A stretch of DNA of 64,000 nucleotides from Marsupella aquatica (Eukaryota; Plantae; Marchantiophyta): assembly GCA_973895155.1 (NCBI GenBank), contig OZ316894.1, positions 14,275,680 through 14,339,679 on the forward strand, in the 5' to 3' direction. The notes under the pieces were generated by a model. The model was not told where the DNA came from. It saw only the letters and a program-made list of their open reading frames with translations, and did no database searches. The position numbers and the translations under genes are program-made. Shown here piece by piece: positions 12,865 to 26,000 of the stretch. Positions within the stretch are counted from its first letter, which is position 1; the number at the start of each line of letters is the position of its first letter.

Positions 12865-12990
12865 GTAATCTATTTAAGAGATGTTACGATGAAATTGGGT
12901 ATTACTTATCGTTAAAACAAAGCGACAATCTAAGAACTATGACAAATATTAATGCAAAATCCGCTAAACTGTTTTCGTGATGATCACGCT

Positions 12991-13023
12991 AACCGTAGTT
13001 ACCGTTAAATATTACCGTTGACC
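12991..13023 (-). promoter_or_regulatory. Paired AACGG (MSA/MYB-like) boxes upstream of gene A in M1
   Basis: Minus strand reads GGTCAACGGTAATATTTAACGGTAACTACGGTT. Equivalent pairs occur at 55477-55501 and 63546-63570. Confidence 0.45.
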
Positions 13024-13051
13024 AAACTACTAAAACTTGGTAATGCATTGC

Positions 13052-13441
13052 TAGCGTCGGGCGCTAGTAAAATTTTACCCACATTGGTCATAAAGTTTAA
13101 TGTGTTCAATAGATAGCGCCCGACGCTACCCATTCTCTGGTCTATTCAAGGTTACGTTTTTGGTCCCAGTTTATGTGAAATTTTTTGAAAATGAAGAACT
13201 TTAGGACGTAGGAAGTTTAATTTTGTTCACATTTGGCCCTTAAATATGGTGTACCAATACTAGCGCCCAACGCTAGTACATATATCCCTGAATAGTGCTT
13301 AAATTTGTACGATATTGCATTTTTAGATACAAAAAGTAGACTTATTGGTGTCCACTGTTATGTTAGCGCCCGGCGCTAGTCTAGTGTGTGACTGAATTAA
13401 ATCCTTATAAATCCTGGAATTTTTGGTAGTGCCAGGCGCTG
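13052..13441. repeat. Cluster of five TAGCG-N5-CGCTA palindromes between the divergent genes of M1
   Basis: Copies at 13052, 13114, 13261, 13364 (perfect TAGCGCCCGGCGCTA) and 13427. Confidence 0.9.
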
Positions 13442-13673
13442 CTGAAATCATGTGATTTATCTTGGCCTATATGTGTTCATTTTGACACAATAAATATCCC
13501 TGACACCCGCACTTACCGGGGCAAAAAGGACAAACTCTACATTTATGATTTCAACGGACACAATTCTATGTCGTATTGAAACGAATTTTATAACGGTCAA
13601 TCGTCTTCACGCATTAGTATAAGCATTCCACTTGGGGGGAATTTGCTTTGTTGATTCCTTCATTTTCTCCACA

Positions 13674-16600
13674 ATGTCTCGCTCAATTGTAATTACACGT
13701 GCTTGTACTGGAGACGTCGTCAAGATCCCCGTGCAAGTTTCTGATGCTTACAAGCAAGTTAGTGAAACCTACCTTTGCGGGAGATTTGATTTGAGGATGA
13801 ATGATATTGAGTCCATTCTCCCATAGGAATCGATGAGTGGAGAACTTCAACGGGCTGCGGCATTCAATGTAGATGAGGGAGTACGCTTTTGGCATATGAA
13901 TATCGGGCTTAGTTACACGCTTAATGTCAGACGTGTCGCTCCGGAAACAGCAGTTGGGAACATTCCTGTTGTTGTTGTTGACATATTTGACAGTGAAGAT
14001 GGTGATGTTGCACCCACTCCTCCGTCGCAGTACAAAGTTCCGGTTTCCGCTTTTGTTAAGGATGAGCCGGTGGCTACCTCCGGAGTTGGTCATAAAGTCT
14101 ACCGGAGGAGTGCGATGGACGCCTTACTCAAGGCCATGGGACATAGTGAACTATCAAGATTTATCTCGGCAGGGGACTTCCGGCATAAGCAAGTTCCTTG
14201 TTTTCCAGACAAGTACAACGGAAATGTTGTATTTGAACTGCCTCCCATTGAGGGAACGCTCTCCAAGGGATCTAGACTTCGTGACATGGACCGTGCCAAA
14301 GATTGTTACATTTGGACCAAAAATTTTCCGACAACTGCGAACGTGCATCCAAAGAAACATTGGGAATTTGGTAAGGTTACGTGTACCGGGTTCATCGAGT
14401 GCAGGAACAAGTCCTGTGAGTACTTTCAACGAAAGAAGAGATGCAATGCAAAGGCCTGGCATGGTGCTCCTAAACTCGGTGGCCAGCACGGGGTGGGTTC
14501 GTTGATTGAAGAGGGTGGTGTAGTCTGTCACTATTGTGCGCAGATTCCTTTCTGTGTGAAGTCTCTGCCCTGCTCGCTTGTTTTATATGTACCCTCAAGT
14601 CCTTCTTGATACAGAGACCTCTAGTCACATGTCTCGGCTTGCAGTTCATAGAGGTGAGCATAACCATCCAAGTAGGAAATTTTTTTCGAGGAGCGCTGAG
14701 AAGATAGCTGAGGATTTGATAAGAAAAAATCATGAAGCCAATCCTCCAGCAAAACCGGCTGGTATTTTGAATTCTGCAACCGGTTTGCTCGTGAAAGCTC
14801 TATGCGAAAACGTTGACGACATAGTAGATATTGAAGAAATGGAGATTTGGAAGTCTCTCATGGTATTGTCTACCCCCCAGAAATTTGCATCGCTTTGTCG
14901 AAGAGTTCGAATGGACCAGGCTGGTCGTGGTGAGTTAGATTTCCTAGCTTAGATGCAAAGGTCAAATAACATTTCTTTCCTCCAAAGGTACCTCCTACCG
15001 GGTCAGGGTTGTGTAGCAGATAGGCCCCATATATTCAAAATGATAGTCAACGGTCATGGATCTGGTGTAGATCTTCTCCGACAGATGCAACCCGGCGGAA
15101 GATTGGAAGGAGCTTGGGTGAGTTTTGATGTGATGAAGCGAGTGACAACCGGCTGGTTTACTTTTAGTGTACACGTTTACGATCACAACTTCCGAGCTCT
15201 TTGTACAATCTTCACATGCGAACTAAAAGCTGAAGACACGGAGTCCTCTAAGAAAGCGTGGAGAATTATGATTGAGGTTTGTAAGGAAAATGGGTTACAG
15301 GACGTTGTCATTCAAGGTTTTATGGCTGACAATGCTCAGGCTGGATGGATCGCCGTTTGCAATGTCTTTTTTGGAGGGCACCCAGACCCTAAACGTGAAC
15401 GCTCTGATGCATTTCACTTTTACCAGTCTTTCCATTGACACTCTACAGAAGGAGTTTTGGAGGGTAAGCAACCAGAACATCGGTAACTATGGGAGAAACT
15501 TCGGAATGCTCCAATGTTCGTTGTGGCGTATTGAGTTTCGAGGGAGATCGTGTTGTGGTGGCAAGCGGGAAACTGTCCCAGGAAAGCTGATGATGTTGCA
15601 GAGTTGGATATCTTGGTGGGTTGTTTGATGGCATCAGTGGGGGAATTTCATTCGTGTGGTAAGTTTTCCTTATGCGTTTATTAGTCAAACCTCAGTGTGT
15701 TTATACTAGCGTCAGGCGTTGCTTTGATTTCCACTCAGAAAACCTTCAAACATTACAGAAAACGAAACTTGTACCGATAAACCTTCTTTTATTATCTCCT
15801 ACTCATTGCTAGCACCTGGCACTACTTATACAAAAGAAGTAAATTTTGTCTGGACGGGTTTTATTGCAGAGCAAAAGCGCAGAAGAAGGTGCACTCATTC
15901 CAAATTGTACCGGGTCAGAGTCAAGGCACGCCTCCATGAAAGCATGGGCTACCAAAAAAATGGTGGGTCTCTTTGGAGCATGCAAAGTTGATCAAAATCG
16001 AGCTCTGTCACAAGTTGCGGGTTATAGCGCATATCGGAAGGGACTCAATAGAGGGAAGGGGCCAACTATCTGGGAATTAGCCTTCCGATCCGCAGACCAA
16101 TCTGGTTCACCCAAGTTATTTGAAGAAGCAACCAACATGATTCTTTCCAACGCTGCTGATTTGGATCTGGATAGGAGCTCTCCTCTGAATGGAGATATTG
16201 TCGCAAAGTCGGTTAAGAGGAAGGGACTCGCAACTGGGATTGTCTCGCCACAAGACTCCCATCGGCATGACACCATTCTCATCACTACACCAAATACTCA
16301 AGGGTTCAAATGGAAGAATCTCAACAACACTGCCTTCACTTCCTTTCCCGCAAATGTAATAGATCCCATAGTCGACCTCGGCGGGAGCGACACTTCAACG
16401 AATGGAAGTGATTCCCTCGCGAACACCCTTGAAGCCAGAGGAACAGAAACATCATCGCAACCCCCACTCAGTGCTCCGGCTGTTCTTCAACGTTTGCCGA
16501 CAAAGTCAACTCCTTTGGAAATGGACGTTCCTAGAGGGACCTAGCATTTTCGGCGGACGGTCAAATATGGGGCAGGGCCTTAGTGCAATGGGGCTTTGCA

Positions 16601-17390
16601 TGGAAATTCTAAGAGGGATGAGTGTCGAAATCGTGTCAAAAAAGTCGGGTTCCATTCGGCAGCAGGTGTTGTTGGCATTGTTGTCAGCGGACATTGCATT
16701 TTCAGAGGCACACCCATTGCAAAAATGATATGGTTCTGCCCAAACAAAACATGCCACAAGAGCCGCCCGCGTCGTGGTGTTGAACGCCTTCCTCTTGTGC
16801 CGGATATCTTGCCAGTTGTGAAAGGGACCAACCTGTCACCTGCCAAGGTAGAGTTCCTTGAAGCACAAGGAGTCTTGATGGTCCAAACAGCTGCGACGTC
16901 TCGCGCTGCACCTGTTCCATTCGGCTTGAGAATTAATGTAAACGCATTTCCTGAAATAATCAATTTCGCCGACCCCAATGTACGCCTTCGGACCAGGAAT
17001 GGGAGAAACTCCAGACCTCGATCAAATCTAACTTTGGCTCACAGTACATGAATGGAGTCAGCTCGGAAAGAAGCTATGACTCTGGATGGCGAGTGGGATG
17101 TGGGTATTGGAATTGCATTTGGGAAGCAATTCAAAATCTGGACCCACGAGAACCTTCGATCCCCAAACACGTACTTTGTCCAAATTTGCGTCTTCCCAAC
17201 CTGTCCCTGTGAGGATTTCTTCCATAGTCATTCTCGCGGCAAGCCATATATGCCTTGTAAACATTTGTATTGGGTGTTTATAAATGTCTTCAAGTTTCAT
17301 GTAGAGGAGTCTACCCTATGTAGCCAGCCCATTTTCACAGTTGCGGAAGTCAGACTCGTGCTGGATAGGCAGAACGGGAATGGTTTGTAG
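13674..17390 (+). pseudogene. Gene B (M1): Mutator-like DDE transposase with GCM-like Cys/His domain and C-terminal SWIM finger; one intron 15659-15869
   Basis: FELPP…CTGFIECRNKSC…CHYC…HRGEHNHP; WVSFD (D 15127), GFMADN (D 15328), SDAFH (DxxH 15406-15417), TGSESRH (E 15918); SWIM CPCEDF…PCKH (17202-17264). Several in-frame stops and frameshifts. Confidence 0.85.
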
Positions 17391-18093
17391 AGTAACACGA
17401 CATTCTAGAGACTATCGTTTTTCGTAACGGATACTATGGTTTTTGTCTGTAGTCAACGGATATTACACTTGTTTTTTTCTTGCTTTTGGTTAGCACCTGG
17501 CGCTGGTTCCAAAACATTAATATTGTTAAATTTTGAATTTTATCTGGTTATTGTCATGTTGTTGTCCCTTAACTTCAACTTTTGTCCCTGTTTAAGCTTT
17601 GTTAGCGCCTGGCGCTAGTTTTCACACTCTGTCTAGATCCAATATTGAAAATGCTAGAACCATTCTTCGCCGATCGGTTGTTTAAGCCTATAACTGGATT
17701 TAGGGTGGGTCCCACCATAAATTACTCCATCCCTGCATGGATTTTATTTTTCCTTCTCGTAGGCCGAATTGCGCTTTCTAAACTGGACTGTTCTGAAATG
17801 ATGCTGTATCTAAATAGTAGGGATATTCAATGACGACATTATTCATGTAGAACAGATGGACACTCGGTTTGGAACCTCTCTTTGCAGTTGTGACCACACC
17901 CTTGGCTTATATCTGACCGCCTCACATTTGGCACTAACAAACATTCAACTTGATGATGTGGTGGAAATGACGTTAATTTTTGGGGAACTTAGCCAAAAAG
18001 TACATTTTTACCATAAGACTTTCCTGTTACCAGTTAAGAGTTACCTGATAACAGGAATTTTATTACCTGTTTCCTGTCACCGCTGTTATACCC

Positions 18094-18233
18094 AAATAGA
18101 ATGGATGAATGGTATCGTGGAGGACTACTTGCATCATTTTGTGACGGCCAATCAAAAGGATTGGGCAAAGCACTTAACAATGGCCGAGTTTAGGTATAAC
18201 TTGACCAAGCATTCGGCGACAAGATTTGCACCG
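18094..18233 (+). pseudogene. Continuation of the Gypsy-1 integrase between M1 and M2
   Basis: IEWMNGIVEDYLHHFVTANQKDWAKHLTMAEFRYNLTKHSATRFAP follows directly from …DGQIE at 6744. Confidence 0.9.
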
Positions 18234-18702
18234 AGGCTTTACATCGTGCCAGGAAACAGGAGATTTTTTAACTGATACGAGCAAAAACTTTCCTTGTATC
18301 AGGAAAGTTTTACTGTTATGAGCAATGTTTTTACTCACATCAGGAAAAACATTCATGGAATTGTCATCCTCCTTACTGTCGTGAGCAAAACCAAACAAAA
18401 AAACATTAAAAAATGCCATGAAAAGTGGAGTGCCAAGTCTCTCCAACCACTTATAAGAGTGTTCAAAAAGAAATTTGTATAAAAAACGGGGCACTACCCT
18501 AACCTCAAAAGGCACATTTTGAGCAAAATATGTAAATTATACTAGCGCCAGGCACTACCAATGATCCAACCCTATTTTACAAAACCAAACATTGTCTAAT
18601 ACACTCATTCTAAATAAGTTTCTCTATATGATAATGCCGTTGGAAAATGACAAAGTACTGACCAATTTAACGTAAACTACATAATAGGCACCTATTTAAA
18701 TA

Positions 18703-21700
18703 CTACCCTAAACTTTGTCGTTCTAACAAGAGACGTATTTCTCCAACGGTGAGTATAGGTTGACTCGACAATGTTGATTCTCGTAGGTCCAGTTTGAAAA
18801 CATTCTTATCAATCCAATACAGATGTTTGCAAGGCAAGAAGGGTTTTTGGTGGGCATGACAACGATAGAAATCTTTGCAAGAACAGCACGGGACGCAGCA
18901 AATCTGAACCCAATAGGCAATGACAGAGTGGTGACCAATGTGTGTTTGGATGCAAAATTGTTTGCCCCATCCATTTCCTGTTGCAACATCCCTGGAATAG
19001 ATTATTTTCATTTCTTCTTTCTCAACTGCCTCAATCTTCTTATAGTGCGACTTAGTTAGATGCATTCTCTATAGGCACGTCCTCCCATTTTGAGATAAAC
19101 AGCAAATTGTCAACTGAAGTAGATTGATCCTTTCTGGGAAAACATTGACATCGATTCGGAGATCTAGTCCACTTGGTGCATTTCTTACACGATCACCTTC
19201 ACCTCCGATCGATATTCCGTTGTCCTTCAGAAACTCAACCTCTGCAGCAAAAAGATTTGTAGTCAATGCAACGGGCAAGTGATCACAAGGAGGCGGAACA
19301 TTCACCACACCTTTTCAAGGAAACTGTTGTAACAAACATTATTCGGATAGAACCAGATCAATTCTGGATGTGGTTCCCCTCTGAAAAGTTGCGCTGCCTG
19401 AACTGCAATACCAACAACTCTGTTTGACATCCGGTAGCCTACTTTCTTCAATCGATTTCTACATTCGTCATGATCTCCATGTCCGCCAAGCGATCCATTG
19501 CAAACTGGGCCAGCACCATGCTTCAAAGTTCTCCTAATATGCCATGCTCCAGAAGGAATATTGGACTCCAACACGGACGGGGTTACTTCTTCAATAACAT
19601 GTACTAGGGGCGTGACTGGAGTTGCAGATGACCTCATCTCCATCGGAGGAGGAGGTGTCCGCTCTTCAAGACTATCTAAAACATCGCTCTCTGAAATATT
19701 GACAACTACACTCTCTTGGAAACCTGGTTCAGAAGGAATCGCAAAGAATTTCGTTCTATTGAGATTTCTTTGCTTCAAACCTTGGGTGTTTGGGGTCGTA
19801 ATGAGGATAGTGTCATGCCTGTGGAAGTCTTGCGCAAAGACGTTTCCAGTAATGCCCCTTCCTCTTTACTGATCATGTATTACATCCCCGTTCAAAGGGG
19901 TATTCCTTTCCAAATCGAATTCAGCCGCATTGGAAAGGAAAAGGTTCGAAGCTTCTTCAAACAACCACGGGGAACCCGCTAGATCTGCAGAGCGGAAAGC
20001 CAGCTCAAACACTATTGGACCATTCCCTCTGTTCAATCCTCTCTTGTAAGCCATATAGGCTGCAATTTGAGAGATCGCTTTGTTCTGGTTGGTTTCACAC
20101 CCTTCAAAGACTCCAACCTTCTTCTTCGTTTTCCAGGCAATCATCAATGCATGAGACGACTTGGATCCACCACAAATTGGAATCATTGCCGCTTCTTCTA
20201 CACTCTTGCTCTGCAGAATCCATCAGACAAGGTTAGAAATAGGAGTTGAATAGCGCCAGGCGCTAGCCAATGAACATATAGAAATAATAGCACATGTGAT
20301 CACTTTGAACCTATATGAGTAGTGCCAGGCGCTAACCAATGATTGTTTTGGAATACTTACCAATCAAATAAAATTTCCCCATTGGCGCCATCGAACAACC
20401 CACCAAGAAATCCAACCTTGCAACATTTGTAATTTACCAGGATAATAATTTTTTGCCCTCCACCAAGAATCAATTTCTCTAGAAATACAATATGCCTCGA
20501 TAAATGACTTTGCATTCCGCAACCTATCCCATAGGGCACGATGTTCACCTTGCTTTCCCTCATGAATGCCTTCAACTGAGTGTCTTCAAAATGACTGGAA
20601 GAAGTAAAATGCATCTGATTGCTCATGTTTGGGATCAGGAAGTCCCCCAAAGAACACATTCTTGATAGCATTCCAACCAGCTTGAGCATTGTCCGCCATA
20701 AAACCATGAATGTGGACATCGTGAAGACTATTCTCGTCAGCCACCTCCAACATTAAACGCCAAGCCCTCTCAAGGGATTTTGTATCTTCTGCTCGCAACT
20801 TGCAAGTGAATATCGTGCAAAGTGCACGATAGTTATGGTCATAAACATGCACACTAAACGTAAGCCAATCCTTTAACATTTGGTGCATCACATTGAAACT
20901 TACCCACGCACCCTCAAGAGGCCCTCCGGGCCTCATCTTTCAAAGAAGATCCAGACCGCAGCCTTCACCCTTAGTGGACATCTTGAAAATGTGTGCACTC
21001 TCATCTCGAGACCCTTGTCTTGGCAACAAGAACCTTTGCAGAAATGGGAATGCAATGTTCTTCTGCATGCTTACCAGAAATTCCAATTCACCTCTTCCTT
21101 TCTGGTCTTGACAGATACTTCTGAGAAGGTTCACAAATTTTTGAGGCGTTGAGATGACTTGAAGAGATTCAAAAATCTCTGTCTCTTCTATTGGGATCAT
21201 GTCTTGAACTGATGACTCACACATTGCCTTAAAGAGAGACCCGGTGACGGTGTTCTTCATACCCAATGTAGTTGCACACGGATTCAAAGTCAAACCTTGT
21301 TCCATGTGCATCTTTGCCACTTTCTCCGCCTCTCTTGAAAAAACTTGCTTGCTTGGATGGTTATGATGTCCGATGTGAATGGCAAGCCGTGACATATGCT
21401 TAGCAGACTCGACATCAACTTTGGAAGACGCGTACATGTAGAACATCATGGCTGGATAGGACTCAACACAAAATGGGTGCTCCCAACAATAATGATAGAC
21501 AATCCCACCCTCGGGAATGAGTTGCCTGACTACGTGCGGTCCAGAAATCTTAGGAACTCTTGCCCAAAACTCACATGAATTGTTACGACATTCCAAGGAA
21601 CCCGTGCAAAAGACTTTCCCAAAATCCCACACCTTTTTTGGGAGAACATTTGCGGAAGTCATGACAATCCGAGTCCAATAGTAGCAGTCTTTGCTCCAAT

Positions 21701-22292
21701 CCATGTCCCAAAGGCGTTCACCTTTTGAGCAAACTCCAACAACTGGAGGCAGTTCAAAAACAATATTCCCATTGTACGTGCCACACAAGCTTGATTCTTG
21801 CTCAAATCGGTAATCATTCCTTCGCATGAATCTAGAGATCTCACTCTGGCCTTTTGATTGTAGAATCGTATCAAGAGCACTCCTCCGGTACACAACTGAA
21901 TCGGTCATCCGCCCATCGACCGTCTCCACTTTCACGTTGTTTTGAGGAAGACGAAGCTTTGCCAAATCTTCATCATTGCTACTATCTGAAAGGTCAATCA
22001 AATCGACTTTCAGCTTCCCCTTTGAGGAGGATGGTACCTCAAATTTTCCCAAACTAACGATGTCATACTTCACCCCACCGCACAACCTCCAATACCGAAC
22101 TCCTTCAATGAAATAAACATCAACCAGCACTTCCTCTCCCGAGATAACTATTCTCTGTATGCTTTCCCTAGGAATTCCAAACCTGGTGGCAAGATATTCC
22201 TCAAAAATTTCATCACTTTTCTTAGGAGCAGTGAGAAGGATTGTCACAAGGTCGCCAAGCGGACAGCGAGAAATTACAATTCGTGAATCCAT
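18703..22292 (-). pseudogene. Gene B (M2) transposase; intron ~20211-20360
   Basis: MDSRIVISR…FELPP…HIGHHNHP…GFMADNAQAGW…SDAFY…CSCKDF…PCKHLYW; collinear with M1 gene B. Confidence 0.85.
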
Positions 22293-22488
22293 TGGAAATG
22301 GCAAACAGAAGTGTGAGGCCGCCTCAATTCATTTGTGCTCAACAAAACTGTTACGAATACGACAAAGTGACCTATCAGCAATGATTGCTTGTCATTTTCT
22401 AATGGAATTACACATGTCAGTAAAATCATACCTATCGAGAAAAGCTTATTGATCCATCTTTAAACATAAATTTCAAGGCACACAAATA

Positions 22489-23055
22489 ATAGCGCCTCGC
22501 GCTAAGTAACTGAGATGAAAACTTCAAGCTAATATGCACATAGTAATATATATTTTGTCACGCATCATCTCAAATGACACAATTGTCCAAGTTCCCTTTG
22601 CTAGCGCCAGGCGCTAGCAAATATGTTTCAAGCATATTTGGTCCATAACGGTAACTCCCAATGCTAGCGCCAGGCTCTAATATGTTTCAAGCATATCTGG
22701 TCCATAACAGTAACTCCCAATGCTAGCGCCAGGCGCAAACTAAGGACTACTCAATAATTAACGGTAACTTGAATGGTTATCCGGTTAAAGTTTATTAGCG
22801 CCCGACGCTAGTAAACTATTCAAAAAGAAATGTTATTTTACCAAAGGAATATTATGTTCCGTGTTATATAGATGAGAGGATAATGAGACCATAACGACAT
22901 CTCCCTATGCTAGCGCCAGGCGCTAACTAAACTTTGACTCAATTGTTAAAGGTTCTATATTACTATGATAAACTCCAATTTCTTGAAGGATTATCATGTT
23001 AATGATAGATTGATGGAACCGTCACAACGGACGCCAATGATAGCGCCTGGCGCTA
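22489..23055. repeat. Cluster of seven palindromes in the M2 inter-gene region, including a ~60-bp tandem unit (about 22599-22740)
   Basis: Copies near 22489, 22602, 22665, 22724, 22796, 22911 and 23041, mostly TAGCGCCAGGCGCTA. Confidence 0.9.
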
Positions 23056-26000
23056 TCTAATAACGACTCGCTCTTCAACAGTAACTTCAACTGATATTTT
23101 TGTCGATTCAAGTATAATATTTCTGGAGGTAGTAGGTGAATGGTAACTTAAACGGATACCTTTTTATGCATTGTGAGGTCTACTGGTCAGTCCTAGATTT
23201 AATCAACAGTGCATTTTGCTCCAAGTGTCCAATAGCCCCCGCCTCACATGCCGCTAGAGGTCCAATCGTCGTACATTTAGGGTACTTTGCTTCCTTTGGA
23301 ATTTTTCCTATTGAGGCATATTCTTCTCATTTGCGTTGGTGTCGTTGAGGGCTGCATGTAAGGAGAATCCGCATGATTAAGCGTACAAACTCCCAAACTA
23401 ACTCCCGTACGAAACAAAATTGAACGGGAAAAATCTCCATATCGTAGTTGGGAGAGTATATCGGAATGGGATCTGGGTCGCCAAACCATTCCCAGTCTTA
23501 AGAGTCATCGTATTCCAGTTGTGTTTCGAGTCGAAGAGTAACTCATTCCACAGCGCAGTATCCTCTCAGTCAAGTTGAGCTTCCATGTCCAAAACCAAGG
23601 CGTTTGGAAATGGAACATGTTGGAGAGTTTGCCGTTCAGAATGTCAAAGACATTGGGAAATTGGTGGTTGATGTCATTGAAAAGCACGTGATGTCGTTTG
23701 GAACTGATGCGAATGGGTTACCAAAGGAGCCTTCGAGAATTCCTTTATGTTGTCTCGTTCATATGGAGGTTGTACACACTCTTCAGAGGAACAGTCGATT
23801 GAGAAGCTGAAGGACTCGTTTCGGACATCTAGTTACAATTCATCCATTGACATGAGTTTTTTTGTTCAGCCATCCAACACTGAAGGTGATCCGTAGATTT
23901 GTATAGATGAAATTTGGAGCACTTGGGATCCTATTTGGATCATGGAGAACCAGTTGTTTGAAGCGAAATGTGAATCAAACCCCGCTTTCCACGTCCTCAA
24001 GGACAAAATGTTCTATGTTTTTGATGGAAATCATTGGTTGTTTTCGTGGACTCAAGTCACAAACGAGAGTCCAGAGAATCCTAAGTATCATCCTTGCGTG
24101 CAATGCACAATTTTCAAAGGAGACAAGGCATCAATCATCGAGATTGAGGCAGCGATGCATTGTTAACCAGTGAGTTTTTTTTCACCACTGACTTGTCTTC
24201 CCAAATTTGATTGTTTCCCTCAACAATTTCTCCCTTATTTCAGGTTGTATTGTTAGGTTAGCGCCAGGCGCTATTTCTAATGTCTTGAATTTCACAGGAC
24301 GGGACAGGCAGTGGTAGAGTCTTCTTGGATTTTGGATGCGGACAAAATCAGGAGGATTTTGGCTCATGATCTCGAGTACTACAAACCCATAATTGATGAG
24401 GCAAATTATGCAAAATTCAAGAAGACAAGGAAAGGAACCTGAAAGGGTTTGTGGTTTACAAAGAAGATGCCGATGGAGGCGTTGGTCTACATCTTGTGTG
24501 AAAACAAGATCAAATTGTACTCACAACAATTTCAGGTGATGAAGAACTAGGCGAGCAGTTCCGGCGCACCATGGTCGATCGAAGAGACGAATCTTTGTCA
24601 CAATCAGATGATGAAGGAAGCCACTAAGGAGTGGACCGTGAAAACTCCGAAGCTCACTTCCTTGCTAAGCCCAGAGTTTGAAGATTTCATGGACACTTGC
24701 GCTGAAATGTATTGTCTTATTGATCAACTCAAACGTGAAAAGGTCCTTGAAGCTGTATTCTGCACCATGGATAGAGCTCGCTTGTTCACTGCCAATTCGG
24801 CATTAGATCCAAAATTGCGAAGTACATTGCTTGTTGCGCATTGTACTCCCGAGTTAAGGAAATAGTTTTTCCAACTGCTCGGAGTATCAGACGACCCCGT
24901 GAAGCAGTGGTGCCATACCTGGCATGTTTGGAACACGATTGAGGGGATAGCAACTGCTCTCCTCAAGGCATGTTTGAAGGAGGCTATGGGTTCATGCACC
25001 GAACAACGTCTTACAACACGCGGCGGAGAATTGATTTCCTTTGAGAAGTTGAAGGCTTTGATTTTAGATGATTTTAGAAAGTACGGGGATTCCGTAAGGG
25101 CCAAGTTTTTCAACACTATTTGGGAATCCAAGTACACTAACAAGGAGGAATTGAGTGAAGTGAACCGCAAGAGAGCCAAGAGATATTTGTATTGATATTA
25201 TGTGAAAATGGAGAGGAGTGACCCAACCTATTTCTGGGCTTATCCTAGTGCCTTCCAGAAATGGGCCGTTGTGAATTTGAGGTCCGAAGCGTCTGGAGAC
25301 TTTCTTGGGTACACCATGTACCCACTAGAGGGCAAGTTTCCCCCAAGGAAAATGGCAAAGTGGGAGGTTTTGCATTGTCCGTGGTATCTTGACACAGACA
25401 AGTGGAATTCACCTTTTGATGAGACAAAGAAAGATGCTTTTCACAAGTTATCGAAGAGTTTGGAGCCCATAAACATTTGTCAGAGATGAAGCAGGGAATC
25501 GATGCAGAGATTGATCTCTCGGCGATAGAGCTCGAGCGGATTTGTGAGACGCAAGTCGTCCAAGTTGCAAGGAGCCAAAAACCAAGAGCAAAACCCAAGC
25601 AAGAAACAACCCCAAGTGGATCTCAAAAAGAGACCAAAAAAAGTGAGTCCCTATTTTTGTAGCTTCAAATCTCCGTACTTTTCAATCTTCTATTTGGCTA
25701 GCGCCAGGCGCTGTTATTAATATAACTATTTCTCTAGCAGGATCTCAAAAATCAGATGCGGGGTTGGTGTTGGGTAATGCTATGACTGCAACTCCAGAGC
25801 CTTCTCGTGACAACAATCTTGGGAAGGACGAGGATCCATCAGAGGGGTCGGAGACCCCGGAGGATATGAGTGCTCTGCCAATGGACGCCACAAGCACTAG
25901 GAAGAAGAAGAAACATCGCGTTTCTACTTCCGGTGGGTCTCACAGGGAAACGCTTGCGGCAACTGGTTTACAGAGGAATGTGGGGGGCTTCAAGGGGAAT

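Larger units (their letters stand above)
6745..18093 (+). mobile_element. M1: complete Mutator-like DNA transposon (~11.35 kb) with transposase gene B and ParB-MTase-like gene A
   Basis: Splits the Gypsy-1 integrase (…GQIE | QIEWMNGIVEDYL…). Flanked by duplicated AAATAGAA (6737-6744 and 18094-18101; 9 bp CAAATAGAA if the last C is assigned to the target). Termini GGGGTATTTACAAAAGACAGGAACCAGG and CCTGTTTCCTGTCACCGCTGTTATACCC form a short degenerate TIR. Confidence 0.9.

Noticed and set aside
13674-17390. Domesticated host FAR1/MUSTANG-like gene
   Set aside because: It is multi-copy, pseudogenised and lies inside a TSD-bounded element.
22489-23055. Palindromic repeats with variable spacers resembling a CRISPR array
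   Set aside because: The repeat is only 15 bp, spacing is irregular, some spacers are duplicates of each other, copies also occur singly in introns, and there are no cas genes.
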